From the NCBI GenBank assembly GCA_964016885.1, contig OZ024740.1:296174001-296238000 (forward strand): DNA of 64,000 bases. The letters run 5' to 3'. The notes below the pieces were generated by a model. It worked only from the letters and a program-made list of their open reading frames with translations, did no database searches and was not told where the DNA came from. Positions within the stretch are counted from its first letter, which is position 1, and the number at the start of each line of letters is the position of its first letter. Source of the stretch: Eledone cirrhosa (taxonomy: Eukaryota). The translations under genes and the position numbers were made by a program. Of the stretch, positions 12,151 to 27,013 are shown piece by piece.

Positions 12151-14511
12151 ATTTTTTATTTCGGTGATCCATTTTCTATTTGGGGGATCCATTTTTTATT
12201 TCGGTGATCCATTTTTTATTTGGGTGACCCATTTTTTATTTCATGGATCTCCCAAATAAAAAATGGATCCCCCAAATAAAAGATGGATCCCCCAAATAAA
12301 AAATGGATCACCCTAATAAAAAATTGATCCCCCCAAATAAAAAATGGATCCATTTTTTATTTGGGTGATCCATTTTTTATTTGGGTGATCCATTTTTCAT
12401 TTGGGTGATCCATTTTTTATTTGGTTGATCCATCTTTTATTAGGGGTATCCATTTTTAATTTGGGTGATCCATCTTTTATTAGGGGTATCCATTTTTAAT
12501 TTGGGTGATCCATTTTTTATTTGGGTGATCCATTTTTTATTTGAGGGATCCATTTTTTATTTGGGGGATCCATTTTTTATTTGATGGATCTCCCAAATCA
12601 AAAATGGATCACCCAAATAAAAAATGGATCCCTCAAATAAAAAATGGATCACCCAAATAAAAAATGGATCACCCAAATAAAAAATGGATCCCCCAAATAA
12701 AAAATTGATCACCCAAATAAAAAATGGATCACCCAAATAAAAAATGGATCCCCCAAATAAAAAATGGTTCACCCAAATAAAAAATGGATCACCCAAATAA
12801 AAAATGGATCCCCTAAATAAAAAATGGATCACCAAATCAAAAATGGATCACCCAAATAAAAAATGGATCCCCCAAATAAAAAATGGATCACCCAAATAAA
12901 AAATGGATCCCCCAAATAAAAACGGATCACCCAAATAAAAAATGGATCACCCAAATAAAAAATGGATCCCCCAAATAAAAAATGAATAACCCAAATAAAA
13001 AATGGATCCCTTTTTTATTTAGAGGATCCATTTTTTATTTCGGGGATCCATTTTTTATTTGGGTGATCCATTTTTTATTTGGGTGATCCATTCTTTATTT
13101 GGGGCATCCATTTTTTATTTGGGTGATCCATTTTTCATTTGGGTGATCCATTTTTTATTTGGGGGATCCATTTATTATTTCGGTGATCCATTTTTTATTT
13201 GGGGGATCCATTTTTTATTTCGGTGATCCATTTTTTATTTGGGTGATCCATTTTTTATTTGGGGGATCCATTTTTTATTTGGGTGATCCATTTTTATTTG
13301 GGGTTCCATTTTTTATTTGGGTGATCCATTTTTTATTTGGGTGATCCATTTTTTATTTGGTTGATCCATTTTTTATTAGGGGTATCCATTTTTAATTTGG
13401 GTGATCCATTTATTATTTGGGTGATCCATTTTTTATTTGAGCGATCCATTTTGTATTTGGGGGATCCATTTTTTATTTGATGGATCTCCCAAATAAAAAA
13501 TGGATCACCCAAATAAAAAATGGATCCCTCAAATAAAAAATGGATCACCCAAATAAAAAATGGATCCCCCAAATAAAAAATTGATCACCTAAATAAAAAA
13601 TGGATCACCGAAATAAAAAATGGATCCCCCAAATAAAAAATGGTTCACCCAAATAAAAAATGGATCACCCAAATAAAAAATGGATCCCCTAAATAAAAAA
13701 AGGATCACCCAAATCAAAAATGGATCACCCAAATAAAAAATGGATCCCCCAAATAAAAAATGGATCACCCAAATAAAAAATGGATCCCCAAATAAAAATG
13801 GATCACCCAAATAAAAAATGGATCACCCAAATAAAAGATGAATCACCCAAATAAAAAATGGATCACCCAAATAAAAAATGGATCCCCCAAATAAAAAAGT
13901 GATCACCCAAATAAAAAATGGATCCCTTTTTTATTTAGCGGATCCATTTTTTATTTCGGGGATCCATTTTTTATTTGGGTGATCCATTTTTTATTTGGGG
14001 TATCCATTTTTTATTTGGGTGATCCATTTTTTATTTGGGGGATCCATTTTTTATTTGGGTGATCCATTTTTTATTTGGGTGATCCATTTTTTATTTGGGG
14101 GATCCATTTTTTATTTGGGTGATCCATTTTTTATTTGGTGGATCCATTTTTTATTTGGGGGATCCATTTTTTATTTGGGTGATCCATTTTTTATTTGGGT
14201 GATCCATTTTTTATTTGGGGGATCTATTTTTTATTTGGGTGATCAATTTTTTATTTGGGTGATCCATTTTTTATTTGGTGATCCATTTTTTATTTGGGGG
14301 AACCATTTTTTATTTGGGTGATCCATTTTTTATTTGGGTGATCCATTTTTTATTTGGGGTATCCATTTTTAATTTGGGTGATCCATTTTTTATTTGGGTG
14401 ATCCATTTTTTATTTGAGGGATACATTTTTTATTTGGGGGATCCATTTTTTATTTGATGGATCTCCCAAATAAAAAATGGATCACCGAAATAAAAAATGG
14501 ATCACCCAAAC
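12151..14511. repeat. Sat-A island, 7 switches
   Basis: Junctions near 12247, 12348, 12588, 13006, 13483, 13921, 14460. Confidence 0.92.
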
Positions 14512-15568
14512 TAATGCTGAAATTTTCTGGAAAAAATGACGATATTTTCTGGAAAAAATGACGAAATTTTCAGCAAAAATGACGAAATTTTCTGGAAAAA
14601 TTGACGAAAAATTCTGGATAAATTGACGAAATATTCGTGAAAAAATGTCGAAATTTTTTGGAAACAATGACGAAATTGTCGTCAAAAAATGACGAAATTT
14701 TCGGGAAATATTGACGAAATTTTCTGTGAAAAATGCCGAAATTTTCGGGAAAAAACGTCGAAATTTTCGGCAAAAATTGTTGAAATTTTCGGCTGAAACT
14801 GACGAAATTTTCGGGAAAAAATGACGAAATTTCCGGCAAAAATTTACGAAATTTTCATGAAAAAATGCTGAAATTTTCTGTAAAAATTGACGAAAGTTTC
14901 GGGAAAAAATGCTGAAATTTTCTGGAAAAAATGACGAAATTTTTAGCAAAAATGACGAAATTTTCTGGAAAAATTGACGAAATATCCTGGATAAATTGAC
15001 GAAATATTCGGTAAAAAATGTCGAAATTTTTTTGAAAAAATGACGTAATTATCGGCAAAAAATTATGAAATTTTCGGGAAAAAACGTCGAAATTTTCGGC
15101 TGAAACTAACGAAATTTTCGGGAAAAAATGTTGAAATTTTTGCCAAAAATTGACTAAATTTTCCGGAAAAAATGACGAAATATTCGGCAAAAAATGACGA
15201 AATTTTCGTGAAAAAATGCCGAAATTTTTCCGCAAAAATTGACTAAATTTTCTGTAAAAAATGCCGAAATTTTAGGGGAAAAAATGATGAAATTTTCGGC
15301 AAAAATTGACGACATTTTCGGGAAAAAATGACGAAAGTTTCAGGAAAAAATGCCTAAATTTTCGGGAAAAAAGGACGAAATTTTCGGTAAAAAGTGACGA
15401 AATTTTCGGCAAAAATTGACGAAATTTTCGGGGAAAAATGCCGAAATTTTAGGGGAAAAATGAAAAAAATTTCGGCCAAAATGACGAAATTTTCGGAAAA
15501 AAACGACGAAATTTTCGTGAAAAAATGCCCAAATGTTCGGCAAAAAATTACGAAATTTTCGGCAAAAA
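14512..15568 (+). repeat. Sat-B block
   Basis: 22-bp units. Confidence 0.92.
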
Positions 15569-15654
15569 TTAGGAGGTAGAATCTTAGGGGGTAGAACCTT
15601 AGGAGGTAGAACCTTAGGAGGTAGAACCAAGCGGTAGAACCTTAGGGGGAATCC
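15569..15654 (+). repeat. Linker C (ccaagcgg variant)
   Basis: 15-bp TTAGG units. Confidence 0.94.
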
Positions 15655-17693
15655 ATTTTTAATTTGGGTGATCCATCTTTTATTAGGGGTATCCATTTTT
15701 AATTTGGGTGATCCATTTTTTATTTGGGTGATCCATTTTTTATTTGAGGGATCCATTTTTTATTTGGGGGATCCATTTTTTATTTGATGGATCTCCCAAA
15801 TAAAAAATGGATCACCCAAATAAAAAATGGATCCCTCAAATAAAAAATGGATCACCCAAATAAAAAATGGATCACCCAAATAAAAAATGGATCCCCCAAA
15901 TAAAAAATTGATCACCCAAATAAAAAATGGATCACCCAAATAAAAAATGGATCCCCCAAATAAAAAATGGTTCACCCAAATAAAAAATGGATCACCCAAA
16001 TAAAAAATGGATCCCCTAAATAAAAAATGGATCACCAAATCAAAAATGGATCACCCAAATAAAAAATGGATCCCCCAAATAAAAAATGGATCACCCAAAT
16101 AAAAAATGGATCCCCCAAATAAAAACGGATCACCCAAATAAAAAATGGATCACCCAAATAAAAAATGGATCCCCCAAATAAAAAATGAATCACCCAAATA
16201 AAAAATGGATCCCTTTTTTATTTAGAGGATCCATTTTTTATTTCGGGGATCCATTTTTTATTTGGGTGATCCATTTTTTATTTGGGTGATCCATTCTTTA
16301 TTTGGGGCATCCATTTTTTATTTGGGTGATCCATTTTTCATTTGGGTGATCCATTTTTTATTTGGGGGATCCATTTTTTATTTCGGTGATCCATTTTTTA
16401 TTTGGGGGATCCATTTTTTATTTCGGTGATCCATTTTTTATTTGGGTGATCCATTTTTTATTTGGGGGATCCATTTTTTATTTGGGTGATCCATTTTTAT
16501 TTGGGGGTCCATTTTTTATTTGGGTGATCCATTTTTTATTTGGGTGATCCATTTTTTATTTGGTTGATCCATTTTTTATTAGGGGTATCCATTTTTAATT
16601 TGGGTGATCCATTTATTATTTGGGTGATCCATTTTTTATTTGAGCGATCCATTTTGTATTTGGGGGATCCATTTTTTATTTGATGGATCTCCCAAATAAA
16701 AAATGGATCACCCAAATAAAAAATGGATCCCTCAAATAAAAAATGGATCACCCAAATAAAAAATGGATCCCCCAAATAAAAAATTGATCACCCAAATAAA
16801 AAATGGATCACCGAAATAAAAAATGGATCCCCCAAATAAAAAATGGTTCACCCAAATAAAAAATGGATCACCCAAATAAAAAATGGATCCCCTAAATAAA
16901 AAAAGGATCACCCAAATCAAAAATGGATCACCCAAATAAAAAATGGATCCCCCAAATAAAAAATGGATCACCCAAATAAAAAATGGATCCCCAAATAAAA
17001 ATGGATCACCCAAATAAAAAATGGATCACCCAAATAAAAGATGAATCACCCAAATAAAAAATGGATCACCCAAATAAAAAATGGATCCCCCAAATAAAAA
17101 AGTGATCACCCAAATAAAAAATGGATCCCTTTTTTATTTAGCGGATCCATTTTTTATTTCGGGGATCCATTTTTTATTTGGGTGATCCATTTTTTATTTG
17201 GGATATCCATTTTTTATTTGGGTGATCCATTTTTTATTTGGGGGATCCATTTTTTATTTGGGTGATCCATTTTTTATTTGGGTGATCCATTTTTTATTTG
17301 GGGGATCCATTTTTTATTTGGGTGATCCATTTTTTATTTGGTGGATCCATTTTTTATTTGGGGGATCCATTTTTTATTTGGGTGATCCATTTTTTATTTG
17401 GGTGATCCATTTTTTATTTGGGGGATCTATTTTTTATTGGGTGATCAATTTTTTATTTGGGTGATCCATTTTTTATTTGGTGATCCATTTTTATTTGGGG
17501 GAACCATTTTTTATTTGGGTGATCCATTTTTTATTTGGGTGATCCATTTTTTATTTGGGGTATCCATTTTTTATTTGGGTGATCCATTTTTTATTTGAGG
17601 GATACATTTTTTATTTGGGGGATCCATTTTTTTATTTGATGGATCTCCCAAATAAAAAATGGATCACCGAAATAAAAAATGGATCACCCAAAC
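15655..17693. repeat. Sat-A island, 5 switches
   Basis: Junctions near 15790, 16208, 16686, 17124, 17642. Confidence 0.92.
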
Positions 17694-18754
17694 TAATGCT
17701 GAAATTTTCTGGAAAAAATGACGATATTTTCTGGAAAAAATGACGAAATTTTCAGCAAAAATGACGAAATTTTCTGGAAAAATTGACGAAAAATTCTGGA
17801 TAAATTGACGAAATATTCGTGAAAAAATGTCGAAATTTTTTGGAAACAATGACGAAATTGTCGTCAAAAAATGACGAAATTTTCGGGAAATATTGACGAA
17901 ATTTTCTGTGAAAAATGCCGAAATTTTCGGGAAAAAACGTCGAAATTTTCGGCAAAAATTGTTGAAATTTTCGGCTGAAACTGACGAAATTTTCGGGAAA
18001 AAATGACGAAATTTCCGGCAAAAAATTACGAAATTTTCATGAAAAAATGCTGAAATTTTCTGTAAAAATTGACGAAAGTTTCGGGAAAAAAATGCTGAAA
18101 TTTTCTGGAAAAAATGACGAAATTTTTAGCAAAAATGACGAAATTTTCTGGAAAAATTGAACGAAATATCCTGGATAAATTGACGAAATATTCGGTAAAA
18201 AATGTCGAAATTTTTTTGAAAAAATGACGTAATTATCGGCAAAAAATTATGAAATTTTCGGGAAAAAACGTCGAAATTTTCGGCTGAAACTAACGAAATT
18301 TTCGGGAAAAAATGATGAAATTTTTGGCAAAAATTGACTAAATTTTCCGGAAAAAATGACGAAATATTCGGCAAAAAATGACGAAATTTTCGTGAAAAAA
18401 TGCCGAAATTTTTCCGCAAAAATTGACTAAATTTTCTGTAAAAAATGCCGAAATTTTAGGGGAAAAAAATGATGAAATTTTCGGCAAAAATTGACGACAT
18501 TTTCGGGAAAAAATGACGAAAGTTTCGGGAAAAAATGCCTAAATTTTCGGGAAAAAAGGACGAAATTTTCGGTAAAAAGTGACGAAATTTTCGGCAAAAA
18601 TTGACGAAATTTTCGGGAAAAAAATGCCGAAATTTTAGGGGAAAAATGAAAAAAATTTCGGCCAAAATGACGAAATTTTCGAAAAAAAACGACGAAATTT
18701 TCGTGAAAAAATGCCCAAATGTTCGGCAAAAAATGACGAAATTTTCGGCAAAAA
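17694..18754 (+). repeat. Sat-B block
   Basis: Near copy of 14512-15568 with several 1-bp indels. Confidence 0.92.
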
Positions 18755-18839
18755 TTAGGAGGTAGATCTTAGGGGGTAGAACCTTAGGAGGTAAAACCTT
18801 AGGAGGTAGAACCAAGGGGTAGAACCTTAGGGGGAATCC
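18755..18839 (+). repeat. Linker C (1-bp deletion in first unit)
   Basis: ttaggaggtagatcttagg... Confidence 0.93.
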
Positions 18840-20340
18840 ATTTTTAATTTGGGTGATCCATCTTTTATTAGGGGTATCCATTTTTAATTTGGGTGATCCA
18901 TTTTTTATTTGGGTGATCCATTTTTTATTTGAGGGATCCATTTTTTATTTGGGGGATCCATTTTTTATTTCGGTGATCCATTTTTATTTGGGTGATCCAT
19001 TTTTTATTTGATGGATCTCCCAAATAAAAAATGGATCACCCAAATAAAAAATGGATCCCCCAAATAAAAAATGGATCACCCAAATAAAAAATGGATCACC
19101 CAAATAAAAACGTGATCCTCCAAATAAAAAATGGATCACCCAAATAGAAAATGGATCCCCCAAATAAAAAATGGATCACCCAAATAAAAACTGGATCCCC
19201 CAAATAAAAAATGGATCCCCCAAATAAAAAATTGATCACCCAAACAAAAAATGGATCGCCCAAATAAAAAATGGATCCAAAGAATTAAAAATGGATCACC
19301 CAAATAAAAAATGGATCACCCAAATAAAAAATGGATACCCCAAATAAAAAATGGATCACCCAAATAAAAAATGGACCCCCAAATAAAAAATGGATCACCC
19401 AAATTAAAAATGGACACCCAAATAAAAAATGGATCGCCCAAATAAAAAATGGATCGCCCAAATAAAAAATGGATCACCCAAATAAAAAATGGATCCCCCA
19501 AATAAAAAATGGATCACCCAAATAAAAAATGGATCACCGAAATAAAAAATGGATTCCCCAAATAAAAAATGGATCACCAAAATAAAAAATGGATCCCCCA
19601 AATGAAAAATGTATCACCGAAATAAAAAATGGATCAGCCAAATAAAAAATGAATCACCCAAATAAAAAATGGATCACCCAAATAAAAAATGGATCCCGCA
19701 AATAAAAAATGGATCACCCAAATAAAAAATGGATCCCTTTTTTATTTAGCGGATCCATTTTTTATTTGGGGATCCATTTTTTATTTGGGTGATCCATTTT
19801 TTATTTGGGTGATCCATTTTTTCATTTGGGGGATCCATTTTTTATTTGGGTGATCCATTTTTTATTTGGGGGATCCATTTTTTATTTCGGTGATCCATTT
19901 TTATTTGGGTGATCCATTTTTTATTTGGGGGATCCATTTTTTATTTGGGTGATCCATTTTTTATTTGGTGGATCCATTTTTTATTTGGGGGATCCATTTT
20001 TTATTTGGGTGATCCATTTTTTATTTGGGTGATCCATTTTTTATTTGGGGGATCTATTTTTTATTTGGGTGATCAATTTTTTATTTCGGTGATCCATTTT
20101 TTATTTGGTGATCTATTTTTTTATTTGGGGGAACCATTTTTTATTTGGGTGATCCATTTTTATTTGGGTGATCCATTTTTTATTTGGGTTATCCATTTTT
20201 AATTTGGGTGATCCATTTTTTATTTGGGTGATCCATTTTTTATTTGAGGGATACATTTTTATTTGGGGGATCCATTTTTTATTTGATGGATCTCCCAAAT
20301 AAAAAATGGACCACCCAAATAAAAAATGGATCACCCAAAT
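18840..20340. repeat. Sat-A island, 3 switches
   Basis: Junctions near 19014, 19732, 20290. Confidence 0.92.
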
Positions 20341-21752
20341 TAATGCTGAAATTTTCTGGAAAAAATGACGAAATTTTCTGGAAAAAATGACGAAATTTTC
20401 AGCAAAAATGACGAAATTTTCTGGAAAAATTGACGAAATATTCTGGATAAAGTGACGAAATATTCGTGAAAAAATGTCGAAATTTTTTGGAAACAATGAC
20501 GAAATTGTCGTCAAAAAACAACGAAATTTTCGGGAAATATTGACGAAATTTTCTGTGAAAAATGCCCGAAATTTTCGGGAAAAAAGGTCGAAATTTTCGG
20601 AAAAAAACTGTTGAAATTTTCGGCAAAAATTGTTGAAATTTTCGGCTGAAACTGACGAAATTTTCGGGAAAAAATGACGAATTTTCCGGCAAAAATTTAC
20701 GAAATTTTCATGAAAAAATGATGAAATTTTCTGTAAAAATTGACGAAAGTTTCGGGAAAAAATGCTGAAATTTTCTGGAAAAAATGACGAAATTTTCTGG
20801 AAAAATTGACGAAATATCCTGTATAAATTGACGAAATATTCGGTAAAAAATGTCGAAATTTTTTTGAAAAAATGACGAAATTATCGGCAAAAAATGATGA
20901 AATTTTCGGGAAAAATTGACGAAATTTTCTTTGATAAATGCCGAAATTTTCGGGAAAAAACGTTCGAAATTTTCGGCTGAAACTGACGAAATTTTCGGGA
21001 AAAAATGATGAAATTTTGGGCAAAAATTGACTAAATTTTCCGGAAAAAATGACGAAATATTCGGCAAAAAATGACGAAATTTTCGTGAAAAAATGCCGAA
21101 ATTTTCCGCAAAAATTGACTAAAATTTCGGGAAAAATTGACGAAATTTTCGGGAAAAAATGCCGAAACTTTCGGGAAAAAAATTACGAAATTTTAGGGCA
21201 AAAAATGATGAGATTTTCGGCAAAAATTGACTACATTTTCGGGAAAAAATGACGAAAGTTTCGGCAAAAAGTGACGAAATTTTCTTGAAAAAATGCCGAA
21301 ATTTTCGGCAAAAACTGACGAAATTTTCGTGAAAAAATGCCGAAATTTTCCGCAAAAATTGACGAAATTTTCTGTAAAAATTGACGAAATTTTCGGTAAA
21401 AAATGAGGAATTTTTAGGCAAAAATTGACGAAATTTTAGGGGAAAAATGAAAAAATTTTCGGCAAAAATTGACGACATTTTCGGGAAAAAATGACGAAAG
21501 TTTCGGGAAAAAATGCCTAAATTTTCGGGAAAAAAGGACGAAATTTTCGGTAAAAGTGACGAAATTTTCGGCAAAAATTGACGAAATTTTCGGCAGAATT
21601 TGACGAAATTTTCGGGAAAAAACGCCGAAATTTTCGGGGGAAAATGAAAAAGTTTTCGGCCAAAATGACGAAATTTTCGTGAAAAAACGAGGAAATTTTC
21701 ATGAAAAAATGCCCAAATGTTCAGCAAAAAATGACGAAATTTTCGGCAAAAA
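20341..21752 (+). repeat. Sat-B block
   Basis: 22-bp units. Confidence 0.92.
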
Positions 21753-21838
21753 TTAGGAGGTAGAATCTTAGGGGGTAGAACCTTAGGAGGTAAAACCTTA
21801 GGAGGTAGAACCAAGGGGTAGAAGCTTAGGGGGAATCC
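21753..21838 (+). repeat. Linker C (gaagctt variant)
   Basis: 15-bp TTAGG units. Confidence 0.94.
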
Positions 21839-22785
21839 ATTTTTTATTTCGGTGATCCATTTTCTATTTGGGGGATCCATTTTTTATTTCGGTGATCCAT
21901 TTTTTATTTGGGTGATCCATTTTTTATTTGATGGATCTCCCAAATAAAAAATGGATCACCCAAATAAAAAATGGATCCCCCAAATAAAAAATGGATCACC
22001 CAAATAAAAAATGGATCACCCAAATAAAAACTTGATCCTCCAAATAAAAAATGGATCACCCAAATAAAAAATGGATCCCCCAAATAAAAAATGGATCCCC
22101 CAAATAAAAAATGGATCCCCCAAATAAAAAATGGATCACCCAAATAAAAACTGGATCCCCCAAATAAAAAATGGATCCCCCAAATAAAAAATTGATCACC
22201 CAAATAAAAAATGGATCGCCCAAATAAAAAATGGATCCAAAAAATTAAAAATGGATCCCCCAAATAAAAAATGGATCCCCCAAATAAAAAATGGATCCCC
22301 CAAATAAAAAATGGATCACCCAAATTAAAAATTGATCACCCAAATAAAAAATGGATCGCCCAAATAAAAAATGGATCGCCCAAATAAAAAATGGATCACC
22401 CAAATAAAAAATGGATCACCCAAATAAAAAATGGATCCCCCAAATAAAAAATAGATCCCCCAAATAAAAAATGGATCGCCCAAATAAAAAATGGATCCAA
22501 AAAATTAAAAATGGATCCCCCAAATAAAAAATGGATCCCCCAAATAAAAAATGGATCCCCCAAATAAAAAATGGATCCCCCAAATAAAAAATGGATCACC
22601 CAAATTAAAAATTGATCACCCAAATAAAAAATGGATCGCCCAAATAAAAAATGGATCGCCCAAATAAAAAATGGATCACCCAAATAAAAAATGGATCACC
22701 CAAATAAAAAATGGATCCCCCAAATAAAAAATAGATCCCCCAAATAAAAAATGGATCACCCAAATAAAAAATGGATCACCCAAAT
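21839..22785. repeat. Sat-A island, 1 switch
   Basis: Junction near 21934. Confidence 0.93.
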
Positions 22786-25180
22786 TAATGCTGAAATTTT
22801 CTGGAAAAAATGACGAAATTTTCTGGAAAAAATGACGAAATTTTCAGCAAAAATGACGAAATTTTCTGGAAAAATTGACGAAATATTCTGGATAAATTGA
22901 CGAAATATTCGTGAAAAATGTCGAAATTTTTTGGAAACAATGACGAAATTTTCGGGAAATATTGACGAAATTTTCTGTGAAAAATGCCGAAATTTTCGGG
23001 AAAAAACGTCGAAATTTTGGTCAAAAATTGTTGAAATTTTCGGCAAAAATTGTTGAAATTTTCGGCTGAAACTGACGAAATTTTCGGGAAAAAATGATGA
23101 AATTTTCGGCAAAAATTGACTAAATGTTCAGGAAAAAATGACGAAATTTCCGGCAAAAATTTACGAAATTTTCATGAAAAAATGATGAAATTTTCTGTAA
23201 ATTTGACGAAAATTTCGGGAAAAAATGCTGAAATTTTCTGGAAAATATGACGAAATTTTTAGCAAAAATGACGAAATTTTCTGGAAAAATTGACGAAATA
23301 TCCTGGATAAATTGACGAAATATTCGGGAAAAAATGTCGAAATTTTTTTGAAAAAATGACGAAATTATCGGCAAAAAATGATGAAATTTTCGGGAAAAAT
23401 TGACGAAATTTTCTTTGAAAAATGCCGAAATTTTCGGGAAAAAACGTCGAAATTTTCGGGAAAAAATGATGAAATTTTTGGCAACAACTGACTAAATTTT
23501 CCGAAAAAAATGACGAAATATTCGGCAAAAAATGACGAAATTTTCGTGAAAAAATGCCGAAATTTTCCGCAAAAATTGACTAAATTTTCGGGAAAAATTG
23601 ACGAAATTTTCGGTAAAAAATCAGGAATTTTTAGGCAAAAATTGACGAAATTTTCGGGAAAAATTGACGAAATTTTCGGGAAAAAATGCCGAAACTTTAG
23701 GGAAAAAAATGATAAAATTTTCGGCAAAAATTGACGACATTTTCGGGAAAAAATGACGAAAGTTTCGGCAAAAAGTGACGAAATTTTCTTGGAAAAATGC
23801 CGTAATTTTCTGGAAAAAACGTCGAAATTTTCGGCAAAAATTGTTGAAATTTTCGGCTGAAATTGACGAAATTTTCGGGAAAAAATGATGAAATTTTCGG
23901 CATAAATTGACTAAATTTACGGAAAAAATGACGAAAATATCGGCAAAAATTGACGAAATTTTCGTGAAAATATGCCGAAATTTTCCGCAAAAATTGACTA
24001 AATTTTCTGTAAAAATTGACGAAATTTTCGGTAAAAAATGAGGAATTTTTAGGCAAAAATTGACGAAATTTTCGGGTAAAAATGCCGAAATTTTAGGGGG
24101 GAAAATGATGAAATTTTCGGCAAAAATTGACGACATTTTCGGGAAAAAATGACGAAAGTTTCGGGAAAAAAGGACGAAATTTTCGGGAAAAAAGGACGAA
24201 ATTTTCTGTGAAAAATGCCGAAATTTTCGGGAAAAAAGGTCGAAATTTTCGGCAAAAACTGTTGAAATTTTCGGCAAAAATTGTTGAAATTTTCGGCTGA
24301 AACTGACGAAATTTTCGGGAAAAAATGACGAACTTTCCGGCAAAAATTTTCGAAATTTTCATGAAAAAATGATGAAATTTTCTGTAAAAATTGACGAAAG
24401 TTTCTGGAAAAAATGCTGAAATTTTCTGGAAAAAATGACGAAATTTTCTGGAAAAATTGACGAAATATCCTGGATAAATTGACGAAATATTCGGTAAAAA
24501 ATGTCGAAATTTTTTTGAAAAAATGACGAAATTATCGGCAAAAAATGACGAAATTTTCGTGAAAAAATGCCGAAATTTTCCGCAAAAATTGACTAAAATT
24601 TCGGGAAAAATTGACGAAATTTTCGGGAAAAAATGCCGAAACTTTAGGGAAAAAATGATGAGATTTTCGGCAAAAATTGACTACATTTTCGGGAAAAAAT
24701 GACGAAAGTTTCGGCAAAAAGTGACGAAATTTTCGGCAAAAACTGACGAAATTTTCGTGAAAAAATGCCGAAATTTTCCGCAAAAATTGACGAAATTTTC
24801 TGTAAAAATTGACGAAATTTTCGGTAAAAAATGAGGAATTTTTAGGCAAAAATTGACGAAATTTTAGGGGAAAAATGAAAAAATTTTCGGCAAAAATTGA
24901 CGACATTTTCGGGAAAAAATGACGAAAGTTTCGGGAAAAAATGCCTAAATTTTCGGGAAAAAAGGACGAAATTTTCGGTAAAAGTGACGAAATTTTCGGC
25001 AAAAATTGACGAAATTTTCGGCAGAATTTGACGAAATTTTCGGGAAAAAACGCCGAAATTTTCGGGGAAAAATGAAAAAGTTTTCGGCCAAAATGACGAA
25101 ATTTTCGGGAAAAAACGAGGAAATTTTCATGAAAAAATGCCCAAATGTTCAGCAAAAAATGACGAAATTTTCGGCAAAAA
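22786..25180 (+). repeat. Longest Sat-B block (~2.4 kb)
   Basis: 22-bp units. Confidence 0.93.
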
Positions 25181-25266
25181 TTAGGAGGTAGAATCTTAGG
25201 GGGTAGAACCTTAGGAGGTAAAACCTTAGGAGGTAGAACCAAGGGGTAGAAGCTTAGGGGGAATCC
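25181..25266 (+). repeat. Linker C (gaagctt variant)
   Basis: 15-bp TTAGG units. Confidence 0.94.
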
Positions 25267-27013
25267 ATTTTTTATTTCGGTGATCCATTTTCTATTTGGG
25301 GGATCCATTTTTTATTTCGGTGATCCATTTTTTATTTGGGTGATCCATTTTTTATTTGATGGATCTCCCAAATAAAAAATGGATCACCCAAATAAAAAAT
25401 GGATCCCCCAAATAAAAAATGGATCACCCAAATAAAAAATGGATCACCCAAATAAAAACTTGATCCTCCAAATAAAAAATGGATCACCCAAATAAAAAAT
25501 GGATCCCCCAAATAAAAAATGGATCCCCCAAATAAAAAATGGATCCCCCAAATAAAAAATGGATCACCCAAATAAAAACTGGATCCCCCAAATAAAAAAT
25601 GGATCCCCCAAATAAAAAATTGATCACCCAAATAAAAAATGGATCGCCCAAATAAAAAATGGATCCAAAAAATTAAAAATGGATCCCCCAAATAAAAAAT
25701 GGATCCCCCAAATAAAAAATGGATCACCCAAATTAAAAATTGATCACCCAAATAAAAAATGGATCGCCCAAATAAAAAATGGATCGCCCAAATAAAAAAT
25801 GGATCACCCAAATAAAAAATGGATCACCCAAATAAAAAATGGATCCCCCAAATAAAAAATAGATCCCCCAAATAAAAAATGGATCGCCCAAATAAAAAAT
25901 GGATCCAAAAAATTAAAAATGGATCCCCCAAATAAAAAATGGATCCCCCAAATAAAAAATGGATCCCCCAAATAAAAAATGGATCACCCAAATTAAAAAT
26001 TGATCACCCAAATAAAAAATGGATCGCCCAAATAAAAAATGGATCGCCCAAATAAAAAATGGATCACCCAAATAAAAAATGGATCACCCAAATAAAAAAT
26101 GGATCCCCCAAATAAAAAATAGATCCCCCAAATAAAAAATGGATCCCCCAAATAAAAAATTGATCACCCAAATAAAAAATGGATCGCCCAAATAAAAAAT
26201 GGATCCAAAAAATTAAAAATGGATCCCCCAAATAAAAAATGGATCCCCCAAATAAAAAATGGATCACCCAAATTAAAAATTGATCACCCAAATAAAAAAT
26301 GGATCGCCCAAATAAAAAATGGATCGCCCAAATAAAAAATGGATCACCCAAATAAAAAATGGATCACCCAAATAAAAAATGGATCCCCCAAATAAAAAAT
26401 AGATCCCCCAAATGAAAAATGGATCGCCCAAATAAAAAATGGATCCAAAAAATTAAAAATGGATCCCCCAAATAAAAAATGGATCCCCCAAATAAAAAAT
26501 GGATCCCCCAAATAAAAAATGGATCACCCAAATTAAAAATTGATCACCCAAATAAAAAATGGATCGCCCAAATAAAAAATGGATCGCCCTAATAAAAAAT
26601 GGATCACCCAAATAAAAAATGGATCACCCAAATAAAAAATGGATCCCCCAAATAAAAAATAGATCCCCCAAATAAAAAATGGATCCCCCAAATAAAAAAT
26701 TGATCACCCAAATAAAAAATGGATCGCCCAAATAAAAAATGGATCCAAAAAATTAAAAATGGATCCCCCAAATAAAAAATGGATCCCCCAAATAAAAAAT
26801 GGATCCCCCAAATAAAAAATGGATCACCCAAATTAAAAATTGATCACCCAAATAAAAAATGGATCGCCCAAATAAAAAATGGATCGCCCAAATAAAAAAT
26901 GGATCACCCAAATAAAAAATGGATCACCCAAATAAAAAATGGATCCCCCAAATAAAAAATAGATCCCCCAAATAAAAAATGGATCACCCAAATAAAAAAT
27001 GGATCACCCAAAT
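25267..27013. repeat. Sat-A island, 1 switch, internal 540-bp higher-order repeat
   Basis: Marker ggatccaaaaaattaaaaat at 25661, 25901, 26201, 26441, 26741. Confidence 0.92.
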
